A stretch of 32,000 bases of DNA, taken from the NCBI RefSeq assembly GCF_016127575.1, contig NZ_CP066019.1, forward strand, positions 2,400,001 through 2,432,000. Reading direction: 5' to 3'. The first letter of the stretch is position 1; each line of letters starts with the position of its first letter. Below are positions 8,541 through 16,571 of this stretch, in pieces. The notes below the pieces were generated by a model, which worked only from the letters and a program-made list of their open reading frames with translations, searched no databases and was not told the DNA's origin. This DNA is from Cupriavidus necator (GTDB lineage Bacteria; Pseudomonadota; Gammaproteobacteria; Burkholderiales; Burkholderiaceae). A program made the translations under genes and the position numbers.

Positions 8541-9896
8541 ATGAATGCCCCGACCCAACTGCAGGACCTGGCATCAAGTTCCACCCAGACTCCACCGCGC
8601 TATTCCGCGACGTTCGACCCGGCTGCCCTGGCCGAAATCCGGCGCGCCGCGGCCACCGGCATCTACGATATCCGTGGCGGCGGCGCCAAGCGCAAGCTGC
8701 CGCATTTCGATGACTTGCTGTTCCTGGGCGCCTCGGTCAGCCGCTATCCGCTGGAAGGCTACCGGGAGAAGTGCGGAACCGACGTCGTCCTGGGAACGCG
8801 CTACGCCAAAAAGCCGATTCACCTGAAGACGCCGGTCACCATTGCCGGCATGAGCTTCGGCGCGCTGTCCGCCCAGGCCAAGGAGGCACTGGGACGCGGC
8901 GCCACCATCGCCGGCACGAGCACGACCACGGGCGACGGAGGCATGACACCGGAGGAGCGCGGCCAGTCGCAGACGCTGGTGTACCAGTACCTGCCCTCAC
9001 GCTACGGCATGAACCCCGACGACCTGCGCAAGGCTGACGCCATCGAAGTAGTGATCGGACAGGGCGCGAAACCCGGTGGCGGCGGCATGCTGCTGGGACA
9101 GAAGATCAGCGCGCGCGTGGCAAGGATGCGATGCCTTCCCGAAGGCATCGATCAACGCTCGGCATGCCGGCATCCGGACTGGACCGGCCCCGACGACCTC
9201 GAGATCAAGATCCTCGAACTGCGGGAAATTACCGACTGGGAGAAACCCATCTACGTCAAGGTTGGCGCCACCCGCCCCTACTATGACGTGGCCCTGGCGG
9301 TCAAAGCCGGCGCCGATGTGGTGGTGCTCGATGGCATGCAGGGTGGCACCGCCGCGACGCAGGAAGTGTTCATTGAGCACGTGGGTATCCCCATCCTCGC
9401 GGCCATCCGGCCCGCGGTGAAGGCGCTTCAGGACCTGGGCATGCATCGCAAGGTTCAGCTGATCGTCTCGGGCGGCATTCGCAACGGCGCGGACGTCGCC
9501 AAGGCCCTCGCCCTTGGAGCAGATGCCGTTGCCATCGGCACGGCTGCACTGGTCGCGCTGGGGGACAACGACCCGCGCCATGCCGGCGAGTACCACAAGC
9601 TCGGGACCGTTCCGGGGGCTTACGACGACTGGCATGAGGGCAAGGATCCCGCAGGCATTACCACGCAGGATCCGGAACTGGCTTCTCGCCTGGATCCGGT
9701 ACAGGCCGGGCGGCGCCTGGCAAACTACTTGTCGGTCATGACGATGGAAGCGCAGATCATCGCGCGTGCCTGCGGCAAGTCGCACCTGCATAACCTGGAG
9801 CCCGAAGACCTCGTTGCACTGACCATCGAGGCGGCGGCGATGACACAGGTGCCGCTTGCCGGGACCGCGTGGGTGCCCGGGCAAGGTGGGTACTGA
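8541..9896 (+). CDS. FMN-binding glutamate synthase family protein (GlxD/MgsC-like)
   Basis: TIM-barrel GltS motifs are present: ISGMSFGALS, IGQGAKPGGGG, VVLDGMQGGTAA and VSGGIRNGADVAKALALGADAV. I chose ATG 8541 (RBS AGGAG at 8527-8531, one nt after the preceding stop) over the ORF-track start at 8451. Confidence 0.9.
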   Translation: MNAPTQLQDLASSSTQTPPRYSATFDPAALAEIRRAAATGIYDIRGGGAKRKLPHFDDLLFLGASVSRYPLEGYREKCGTDVVLGTRYAKKPIHLKTPVTIAGMSFGALSAQAKEALGRGATIAGTSTTTGDGGMTPEERGQSQTLVYQYLPSRYGMNPDDLRKADAIEVVIGQGAKPGGGGMLLGQKISARVARMRCLPEGIDQRSACRHPDWTGPDDLEIKILELREITDWEKPIYVKVGATRPYYDVALAVKAGADVVVLDGMQGGTAATQEVFIEHVGIPILAAIRPAVKALQDLGMHRKVQLIVSGGIRNGADVAKALALGADAVAIGTAALVALGDNDPRHAGEYHKLGTVPGAYDDWHEGKDPAGITTQDPELASRLDPVQAGRRLANYLSVMTMEAQIIARACGKSHLHNLEPEDLVALTIEAAAMTQVPLAGTAWVPGQGGY

Positions 9897-9911
9897 GTTC
9901 AAGTGGCACCC

Positions 9912-9962
9912 AAAAAAGCCGCCCACGCCAGTTACGGCCATTGGGGGAGCTGGCGTGGGCGC
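9912..9962 (-). terminator. Rho-independent terminator for the CHASE2 kinase gene (minus strand)
   Basis: An 11-12 bp GC stem is formed by GCCCACGCCAG (9921-9931) and CTGGCGTGGGC (9950-9960). Read on the minus strand it is followed by TTTTTT (A-run at 9912-9917 on plus). It lies between convergent genes. Confidence 0.55.
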
Positions 9963-10077
9963 GAAGACCACCGGATGCGGCTCCAGCGGCAATACGATGC
10001 TACGCAAATCCGCCTGTGGCGACTGCCAACAATTGTGTCGGCGGCCGTAGCATGGCTTGCGGCCGATGCTGTGCCGC

Positions 10078-12558
10078 TCAGGCCACCGGCAATTCGATAC
10101 GGAACTCCGCCCCCGCCCCAGCCGCACTGCGCACGCTGGCCTTGCCGCCATGCCGCTCGGCCACGGCCCGCACCAGCACCAGCCCCAGACCCGTGCCTTC
10201 CGGCGCGCCCTGCTGCCCCTCATGCAAGCGCGCGAACGGTTCGAACAATCGTGCCTGGTCGGCCTCGGCAATCCCCGGCCCATGGTCCTGCACGGCAACG
10301 ACAAAGCTGCCCGGCTCACGCGTGAGCGAGACCGTCACGGTCCCCGCTTGCGGGCTGAACTTGATCGCATTGCTGACCAGGTTGGCGATGGCGCGCGCCA
10401 GCAGTGTCGGTTCACCCTGCAGCACCGCGGGCTCGTCAGGCAGGTCGATCTGCAGCGTCACGTCGCGGGCATTGGCCAGCGCCCAGAGCTGGTCCGTCGC
10501 ATCCAGCACCAGGCCACCCAATTCCACTTCCATGAACGCCAGGGTCTTCGACTCCGCGCGCGCCACGCTGATGAAGTCGTCGGCCAGCGTCATCGTGCGG
10601 CGTGCATGGGCGGCGATGCGTGCCAGCACGCCGCTGTCCGTGGCGACGTCGCCGGCGGCTGCCCCATCGCGCCGCGCGCGGCGCTCATGCAGCTCGATCA
10701 AGGCCAGGATCGATGCCTGCGGCGAGCGCATGTCGTGCGACAGGAAGCGCAGCATCTGCTCGCGCTGGCGCTCGGCAATGCGGATCGCGGTGATGTCGAT
10801 CACGCTGACGATCAGGCCGGCCACGGCGCCGGCCTCGGCGTGCAGCGGCGCGCCATGCAGCAGGTAGCGGCGGTCGCCGCGCCCGGCCACCTCGATGCCG
10901 CCGTCGGGAACCGGGACCGGAGCGATGCGGGCGCCGGCGTGGCGGTCGTGCAGCGACTGCCAGTACGCCAGGGCCGGTGCCGGCGCGGGAAAGATTGCCT
11001 CGATCAGCGCGCGGATGGCGGCCCGCGGCGGCCCGGCCGCGCCCGGCGCATGAGCGGGCTCGCCGTCCAGCACCGCGGGCGCCAGCGCCACGCAGCGCCG
11101 GTTGGCCAGCATCACGCCGCCATCCAGGTCGCAGATCGCGGTGGCATCGGGCAGGCTTTCCAGGCCATCGGACAGGAAGCGGCGCGTGCCGCGCAGTTGC
11201 GCGCTCATGCTGTAGACGGCGCGCATGCGGCTGTCGAGCGTGGCGCCGGTATGGTGCGGCGCGGCAATCAGGCCGGGTTCGCGTTCCAGCCGCGCCAGTT
11301 CGTCGGTAAGGAAGCGCAAGGCCGCCTCCTGGCGCAACCAGCTCCACAGCGGGTAGAACAGCACGCAGCCCAGCGCCGCGGCGGCGGGTGCAAACCATAG
11401 CCGCGCCAGCGCCAGCAGCAACAGCGAGCCTCCCAGCAGGGCCGCCAGCAGCAGCCCGGTGGCCACCAGCGCGCCGCGCGGGGGCAGGCGCAGCGCGGCC
11501 AGTGCGGCCAGCAGCACCGCCAGCAGCGTGCCGCCGACCTGCCACGCGCGCGGCACCGCCACAATCGCATCGCCGTCGGTCAGCGCCTGCACGGTATTGG
11601 CCAGGATCTCCACCCCGCTCATGCCGCGGCCATCGCGCGACACCGGCGTCGGCAGCACGTCGCCCATGCCGGTGGCGAGCGCGCCGATCAGCACGGCCTT
11701 GCCGGCAAAGATGGCGGGGTTGGCGCGGCCATCCAGCACGTCGCGCGCTGACACGCGGGCAAAGGTGCCGGGCGGGCCGGCATACGGGATACGCAGGCGG
11801 CCGCTGCGCTCCCAGCCGTTGGCTTCGGTGATCCGGGCCGGCTCCTGGCGCGCGATGCCGGGCGGCTCGGCGGCGCGACCGAACGCCGCCATCACCGCGG
11901 CCAGGTGCGGCACGCCGGCGGCGGCCACCGGATGGGGCCCTTCGCTCAGATAGACCTGGCGCGCCACGCCATCGGTATCGACCACCATGTTGATATGGCC
12001 CACCGCGGTGCCCAGCCCGGCCAGCGGGTAGCGCACCAGCATGCCGGCGGGGCCGGATTCGGCCACCACCGGCAGCACCACGTTGCCGGCCCGGGCCAGG
12101 CTGCGGGCCAGCACGGCGTCGTCTTGCGGATAGCGGGTGTCGCGCTCGGACAGGATCACGTCCACGCCGATCACGCGCGGCCCGCCGGCGGCGATGCGCT
12201 CGACCAGCTGCGCCAGCACCGCGCGGCGCCACGGCCAGCGGCCGATGGCGGTGATGCTGGCGTCATCGATGCCGACGATGACGATGTCGTCGCGGGCCGG
12301 ATGGTGCTGGGCGCTGATGGCGATGTCGTAGGCGGCCAGGTCGGCGCGCTCGGCCCAGCCCTGGCGCGCGGCCAGCACCACCAGGGCCAGCACGGCAGCA
12401 AGCAGCAGGCACCATTCGATCAGCGTGCGCTGCCCGAAAGCGTGCCCGGGCGCGGCCGGCGCCGGGCCTGGCGCGTCAGTTGAGCCGGATGCGGCCACCA
12501 CCGTCCGGCCGGTCGCCCGACCCGATTGCGCCGCCCTGCGAGTCGCGCAGGAGGGCAT
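10078..12558 (-). CDS. CHASE2-domain sensor histidine kinase (CHASE2 - TM bundle - PAS-like - HisKA - HATPase)
   Basis: The CHASE2 signature is DIVIVGIDDASITAIGRWPWRRAVLAQLVERIAAGGPRVIGVDVILSERD, followed by a hydrophobic block. The H-box is FLSHDMRSPQASILALIEL, the N-box is IANLVSNAIKFSP, and the G-boxes are QDHGPGI and GTGLGLVLVRAVAERHGG. The start is ambiguous: ATG 12558, TTG 12567, or GTG 12501/12498. Each of them overlaps the 3' end of the upstream gene. Confidence 0.9.
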   Translation of the reverse strand: MPSCATRRAAQSGRATGRTVVAASGSTDAPGPAPAAPGHAFGQRTLIEWCLLLAAVLALVVLAARQGWAERADLAAYDIAISAQHHPARDDIVIVGIDDASITAIGRWPWRRAVLAQLVERIAAGGPRVIGVDVILSERDTRYPQDDAVLARSLARAGNVVLPVVAESGPAGMLVRYPLAGLGTAVGHINMVVDTDGVARQVYLSEGPHPVAAAGVPHLAAVMAAFGRAAEPPGIARQEPARITEANGWERSGRLRIPYAGPPGTFARVSARDVLDGRANPAIFAGKAVLIGALATGMGDVLPTPVSRDGRGMSGVEILANTVQALTDGDAIVAVPRAWQVGGTLLAVLLAALAALRLPPRGALVATGLLLAALLGGSLLLLALARLWFAPAAAALGCVLFYPLWSWLRQEAALRFLTDELARLEREPGLIAAPHHTGATLDSRMRAVYSMSAQLRGTRRFLSDGLESLPDATAICDLDGGVMLANRRCVALAPAVLDGEPAHAPGAAGPPRAAIRALIEAIFPAPAPALAYWQSLHDRHAGARIAPVPVPDGGIEVAGRGDRRYLLHGAPLHAEAGAVAGLIVSVIDITAIRIAERQREQMLRFLSHDMRSPQASILALIELHERRARRDGAAAGDVATDSGVLARIAAHARRTMTLADDFISVARAESKTLAFMEVELGGLVLDATDQLWALANARDVTLQIDLPDEPAVLQGEPTLLARAIANLVSNAIKFSPQAGTVTVSLTREPGSFVVAVQDHGPGIAEADQARLFEPFARLHEGQQGAPEGTGLGLVLVRAVAERHGGKASVRSAAGAGAEFRIELPVA

Positions 12559-14194
12559 TGACTTCAATGCGCTGCGGCGCGGAGAACGCCGCCGGGTCAG
12601 GTGTCACCCCCGGCGCCGCACGTGCCACGCGGATGAAATAGACGCCGGGCGCGGGGCGCGGCAGGTCAATGGCATTGGTGGTGGTGTGCTCGTCGGCCAG
12701 CAGTGTGGCAAAGCCGGCATCGGCCGACACCTGGACCCGGTAGCCCGCGCCGGCGCCGCTGCCCTCGGGCCAGCCGATATGCAGCGCGCCGCCGTCGTCC
12801 TGCAGGGTCGGCACGGGCGGCTTGGGTTCGACGCTGAACGGGACCGCGTCCGACCACGGGCCCGGCCGGCCCGCCGCATCGACGCTGCGCACGCGCCACC
12901 ACCAGCGGCCCGGCACCAGCGCTTGCGTGGCGGCGGGCTCGGAGGCCGCCTGCACCACGGCATCGCGCGTAAAGGCCGAATCGGCGGCCAGCGCCAGTTC
13001 GTAGCGCGCCGCGCTCGGCACGGTGGCCCATTCGAAGGCGACGGCTTCGGCATAGCGCACCGCATCGGCGGCAGGCTGCTGCGTGAACGGCGCCGGCGGG
13101 TTCAGCCGCACCGACACCGGTGCCTGGGCGTCATGGCCGGTCAGCTGGTGCTTGTCGATGGCACTGACGCTCAGGTACAGCGTGCCCTCGGGCAGGCCGT
13201 CGACGCGCGCGGTCGTGGCAGTGGCGCCACTGGCGGTGCCGGTCCAGACCAGTTCGCTCAGCGCCGCATCGCGCGCCACCAGCACGCGGTAGGCGGTGGC
13301 GCCCGGCACCGGCTGCCAGACGGCTTCGAAGGACGGGCCCAGCACGGTATCGGCCGGGGGCAGCAGGGCCGGCGCCGGCAGCAGCGCCACCGGCTGCGAC
13401 AGCTTGCCGCCGGCCGACACGCCGATGCCATAGCCGGCACCGACCGAAGCCGCCGCGGTCATGGCACGCTCTGCTGCCGGCCTGGCGCGGGCACCCCGCG
13501 CCGCACTGACGCCGACGCGCCCTTCCAGCACCTCGCTGCGGCTTCCTGCCGTGTCGGCCGAGACCCGGTAGCGGGTGCCGCGCACGCCGGTCACCATCAT
13601 CGGCGTATGCAGCTCGAAGCGCCCGACGCCGCCGCCCTGCGGTGCCACGCGCGTATCGGCGGCACCCTTCTCGATGCGGATCACGGTGTCGGTCAGGCCG
13701 CTGCGCGCGAACATGCGCAGCCGGCTGACCGAGAGCGTGGTGGCCGGCGGCACCGTGACGCGGCTGCGGTCCGGCAACTCCAGCGTGACCGAGCCGCCCG
13801 CGGGGGTCTCGATGCGCGTGGTTTCGTCCAGCGTCATGCCGGCCTGCACCGGCCGGCCATTGGCGCGGACCGCACCGGCCACATGGACCACACGCGCCGA
13901 CGCGGCCTGCTCGGGAATCTGGCTGAGCGGGATGCGCAGGCGCGAGCCGGGCACCAGCCGGTACGGATCGGCCACGCCGTTCAGGCGCTGCAGCGTGCGC
14001 CACCCCTGCTCGGACGCCATGTAGCGCGAGGCCAGGCCGATCAGCGTATCGCCCGGCTCCACCAGGTAGATAAAATCGGCGCCTTCCGCGCCCGCGGGCC
14101 CGGCGTGCGCCGGAACCGCCATGCCGGCCAGCAGGGCCAGCGCGGCACCACCGATCACCTTACGCATCCGCCCCGGCCTCATCCGCCTCCACAT
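12476..14194 (-). CDS. Secreted LysM + FecR-domain protein with three C-terminal FN3/Ig-like repeats
   Basis: The signal peptide is ...RKVIGGAALALLAGMAVPAHA. The LysM domain is YLVEPGDTLIGLASRY...LNGVADPYRLVPGSRLRIP. The FecR-like beta region is AGAVRANGRPVQAGMTLDETTRIETPAGGSVTLELPDRSRVTV...GVRGTRYRV. Three repeats of about 90 aa follow (W..VPGA..YRV..A.D..F). Possible ATG starts are 14194, 14182 and 14167, all overlapping the RR gene end. Confidence 0.85.
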   Translation of the reverse strand: MWRRMRPGRMRKVIGGAALALLAGMAVPAHAGPAGAEGADFIYLVEPGDTLIGLASRYMASEQGWRTLQRLNGVADPYRLVPGSRLRIPLSQIPEQAASARVVHVAGAVRANGRPVQAGMTLDETTRIETPAGGSVTLELPDRSRVTVPPATTLSVSRLRMFARSGLTDTVIRIEKGAADTRVAPQGGGVGRFELHTPMMVTGVRGTRYRVSADTAGSRSEVLEGRVGVSAARGARARPAAERAMTAAASVGAGYGIGVSAGGKLSQPVALLPAPALLPPADTVLGPSFEAVWQPVPGATAYRVLVARDAALSELVWTGTASGATATTARVDGLPEGTLYLSVSAIDKHQLTGHDAQAPVSVRLNPPAPFTQQPAADAVRYAEAVAFEWATVPSAARYELALAADSAFTRDAVVQAASEPAATQALVPGRWWWRVRSVDAAGRPGPWSDAVPFSVEPKPPVPTLQDDGGALHIGWPEGSGAGAGYRVQVSADAGFATLLADEHTTTNAIDLPRPAPGVYFIRVARAAPGVTPDPAAFSAPQRIEVNALLRDSQGGAIGSGDRPDGGGRIRLN

Positions 14195-14888
14195 CTGCCG
14201 CGGAAGCCTCTTCAAAGCGATAGCCGTGCGAGTACACGGAGGTCAGCCGCACGCCGTTCTCGGGGCGCAGCGCCAGCTTGAGGCGCAGCCGCGAGATATG
14301 CGTATCCAGCGTGCGCGAGCCCGCGCCCATGGCGCGGCCCCAGACGGCCTGCTCCATCACCTCGCGCGCCAGCAGGCGCCCGGTATTGCGGAACAGGAAC
14401 AGGGCCAGCTCATATTCTCGCGGGGACAGCAGCGCCGGCTCGCCGCCGACGGTGATGGTGCGCGCGTGGGTATCGACGATGTAGTTGCCGCGCCGGATCA
14501 GCTCCACTTCCTGCGCCGCCTCGGGGTAGGCGCGGCGCAGCAGCGAACGCACGCGGGCGATCAGCTCGCCGGCGCGGATGGGCTTGAGCATGTAGTCGTC
14601 GGCGCCCACGGTGAGGCCGTCGACGATGTCGGATTCGGCGGTGCGGCTGGTGACGAACAGGATCGGCGGCATATTGCCGGACTTCTGCCGCACCCAGCTG
14701 ACCAGCTCATAGCCGCTGGTGCCCGGCAACTGCCAGTCGACCAGCAACAGGTCATAGGCGCGCTCGCGCAGCGCGCGCAGAAAGTCCGCACCGTTGGCGA
14801 AGGACTCGCACTCGAAGCCGGCTTCGCTCAATATCTGCCGGATCAGTTCGGCCTGATCCGGATCATCCTCCACGGAGGCAATTCGCAT
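14160..14888 (-). CDS. OmpR/PhoB-family response regulator
   Basis: I chose ATG 14888 (RBS AGAGG upstream). The receiver is MRIASVEDDPDQAELI...DLLLVDWQLPGTSG...DDYMLKPIRAGELIARVRSLLRR. The winged helix is LSPREYELALFLFRN...VYSHGYRF. The ORF-track N-terminal extension to 15293 lacks any receiver sequence. Confidence 0.9.
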   Translation of the reverse strand: MRIASVEDDPDQAELIRQILSEAGFECESFANGADFLRALRERAYDLLLVDWQLPGTSGYELVSWVRQKSGNMPPILFVTSRTAESDIVDGLTVGADDYMLKPIRAGELIARVRSLLRRAYPEAAQEVELIRRGNYIVDTHARTITVGGEPALLSPREYELALFLFRNTGRLLAREVMEQAVWGRAMGAGSRTLDTHISRLRLKLALRPENGVRLTSVYSHGYRFEEASAADVEADEAGADA

Positions 14889-15110
14889 ACCTCTACATCC
14901 TTCTGCCAGCTTCCGACTGCAACTGCGGTCTCTGCCACGGCATGTCGACGGCTCGGCCGGCAAGTCATTCCTCATATTCACCCCCAGGGGGGCGCGGCCG
15001 TCGATCTGATCCGACGGGCCAGGCCGAAGCCCGCCGGCTGCCGCCATGTTACCCAATCGCAGGCCCTTCCGTCGAGATGCCCCGACGAGGGGTGGTGGCG
15101 GCAACTGCGC

Positions 15111-15137
15111 CGATCCCTCCGCGATCGTCTTTCGATC
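15111..15137. promoter_or_regulatory. Three phased CGATC direct repeats (11-bp period) in the pelG-RR intergenic region; candidate OmpR-type binding array
   Basis: CGATC occurs at 15111-15115, 15122-15126 and 15133-15137, exactly 11 bp apart. The array lies about 225-250 nt upstream of the RR start codon on the minus strand. Confidence 0.3.
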
Positions 15138-15198
15138 TGCATCATCCTTGCCGCCATCGCGCCGCCCGGGGAGCCGGCCGGCGCGGCCCCGGCAGGGC

Positions 15199-16569
15199 CT
15201 ATTGCAGCATGTAGGTCTCGTACTCCAGCCGGTCCAGCTTGCGGTCCAGCAGGTACAGCGCCAGCGCCACCACCACCAGCAGCGACACCGCAAAGCCGTA
15301 GCCGTACCAGGCCGGCCCCAGGTGCAGCGTCAGCAGCGTCAGCGCGAAGTTCAGCACCACGAAGGTCGCGGTCAGCAGCAGCACCTCGCGGCGGCGGTCC
15401 AGGTAGAAGTAGATGTTGAGCACCCCCAGCAGCACCACCTGCAGGCTGGCGCCGATCACGTCCACGTACAGCAGCGGCAGGTACAGCTCGGAAATGCCCA
15501 GCAGCCGCAGCACCCACACGCCCACCGCGAACAGCAGCAGCGCGGCGATGGCCTGCACCTTGACGATCTCGTACAAACCCAGCCGGATGGTCTGGACCAT
15601 GGTGTTGCGCATGTCCTCGATATGCTCGAGCGAGCTGCCGCCGCGCACCGCGTTGTAGAACGCGTCGTAGTACTCGACGAAATCGGTCTCGATGCGCACC
15701 AGGAACACCGCCATGCCCGGGATGATTGCCAGGTAGGCCAGGAACACCGGGATGTCGTAGATGATCGACGCATGCAGCGGCCCGATCACCTGCTGCCCGG
15801 TGGAGGGCGCGTACCAGAACATGAACTTGTCGATCCAGATACCCAGGTTGTAGAGCAGGCCGATCGCGACCAGGCTGGGGTAGGCATGGCGGCGCTGGAA
15901 CACCTCGAACGACATGAACTGGCGGCTGGTGTAGTTGCGGTAGATCAGCGTCACCATGCCGGTCAGCAGGCACAGCTGGCCGGCGGCGAAACCGCCCAGC
16001 AGCCCTTCCAGCCCGTGGCCGCGCAGCACCAGCGCGGCGCCGACCGAGATCGCGTAGCCCAGCAGGAAGGTCCACACGATGGCCTTGTACTGCTTCATGC
16101 TCGACAGGAAGATCGCAGCAATCCAGATATTGCTCAGCACCACGAAGCCCGCCACCATCAGCAGCCGGTACAGCACCGACTGCTCGCCGAAGCTGAATAC
16201 CGCGCACGCCACGCCGATGCCGCCCGACAGCACCGTCGCCAGCAGCGCCACCGCGTGGTAGTTGCTCAGGACCAGGTGGTCGCGCTTCTCGAACAACCGG
16301 TCCGAGGTGAAGCGCGTGAACGCCAGCTGCATCGGCCCGGTCAGGATCAGGCTGCCGGCGATCAGGTAGGTCACCGACACCTGGAACTGCGTGATCAGCG
16401 AGCCCGGCACCACGAAGGGCAGGCTCAGCATGCCGATCAGCAGGATGCCGACGATGGACAGGATCCATGGCCCGGAGCTGATGATGCCGGCATACGCGTA
16501 GGCGCTCAGCATGCCCGACAGGTTGTCCCGCCGCAGCATCTTGCGCAGCTCGAATCCAATGCCAGCCAT
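15199..16569 (-). CDS. pelG: Pel exopolysaccharide transporter PelG (multi-TM, PST/MATE-like)
   Basis: The N-terminus MAGIGFELRKMLRRDNLSGMLSAYAYAGIISSGPW is characteristic of PelG. It has about 12 hydrophobic segments and is 456 aa, the same length I recall for P. aeruginosa PelG. It is the last gene of a pelA-G order. Confidence 0.9.
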   Translation of the reverse strand: MAGIGFELRKMLRRDNLSGMLSAYAYAGIISSGPWILSIVGILLIGMLSLPFVVPGSLITQFQVSVTYLIAGSLILTGPMQLAFTRFTSDRLFEKRDHLVLSNYHAVALLATVLSGGIGVACAVFSFGEQSVLYRLLMVAGFVVLSNIWIAAIFLSSMKQYKAIVWTFLLGYAISVGAALVLRGHGLEGLLGGFAAGQLCLLTGMVTLIYRNYTSRQFMSFEVFQRRHAYPSLVAIGLLYNLGIWIDKFMFWYAPSTGQQVIGPLHASIIYDIPVFLAYLAIIPGMAVFLVRIETDFVEYYDAFYNAVRGGSSLEHIEDMRNTMVQTIRLGLYEIVKVQAIAALLLFAVGVWVLRLLGISELYLPLLYVDVIGASLQVVLLGVLNIYFYLDRRREVLLLTATFVVLNFALTLLTLHLGPAWYGYGFAVSLLVVVALALYLLDRKLDRLEYETYMLQ

Positions 16570-16571
16570 GC

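Noticed and set aside
10028-10037. The 10-mer CAACAATTGT occurs both downstream of the CHASE2 kinase (10028-10037) and upstream of pelA (28444-28453). It therefore brackets the whole pel + signalling block like island-border direct repeats.
   Set aside because: A single shared 10-mer in 32 kb is expected by chance many times over. There is no integrase, tRNA or compositional break at 10 kb, and the GC content of the block matches its surroundings.
10685-12232. A 515-aa same-strand alternative-frame ORF inside the CHASE2 kinase gene. Comparable out-of-frame ORFs lie inside pelF, pelE, pelA and the FecR gene.
   Set aside because: These are Arg/Pro/Gly-rich frame-shifted translations without motifs. 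The primary frames give uninterrupted CHASE2/HisKA/HATPase and Pel signatures.
15150-15198. A GC-rich hairpin (CCCGGGG...CCCCGG) just after the pelG stop, considered as a possible terminator separating pel from the RR gene.
   Set aside because: No U-tract follows on the minus strand, so I cannot support an intrinsic terminator. Whether pel and the module are co-transcribed remains open.
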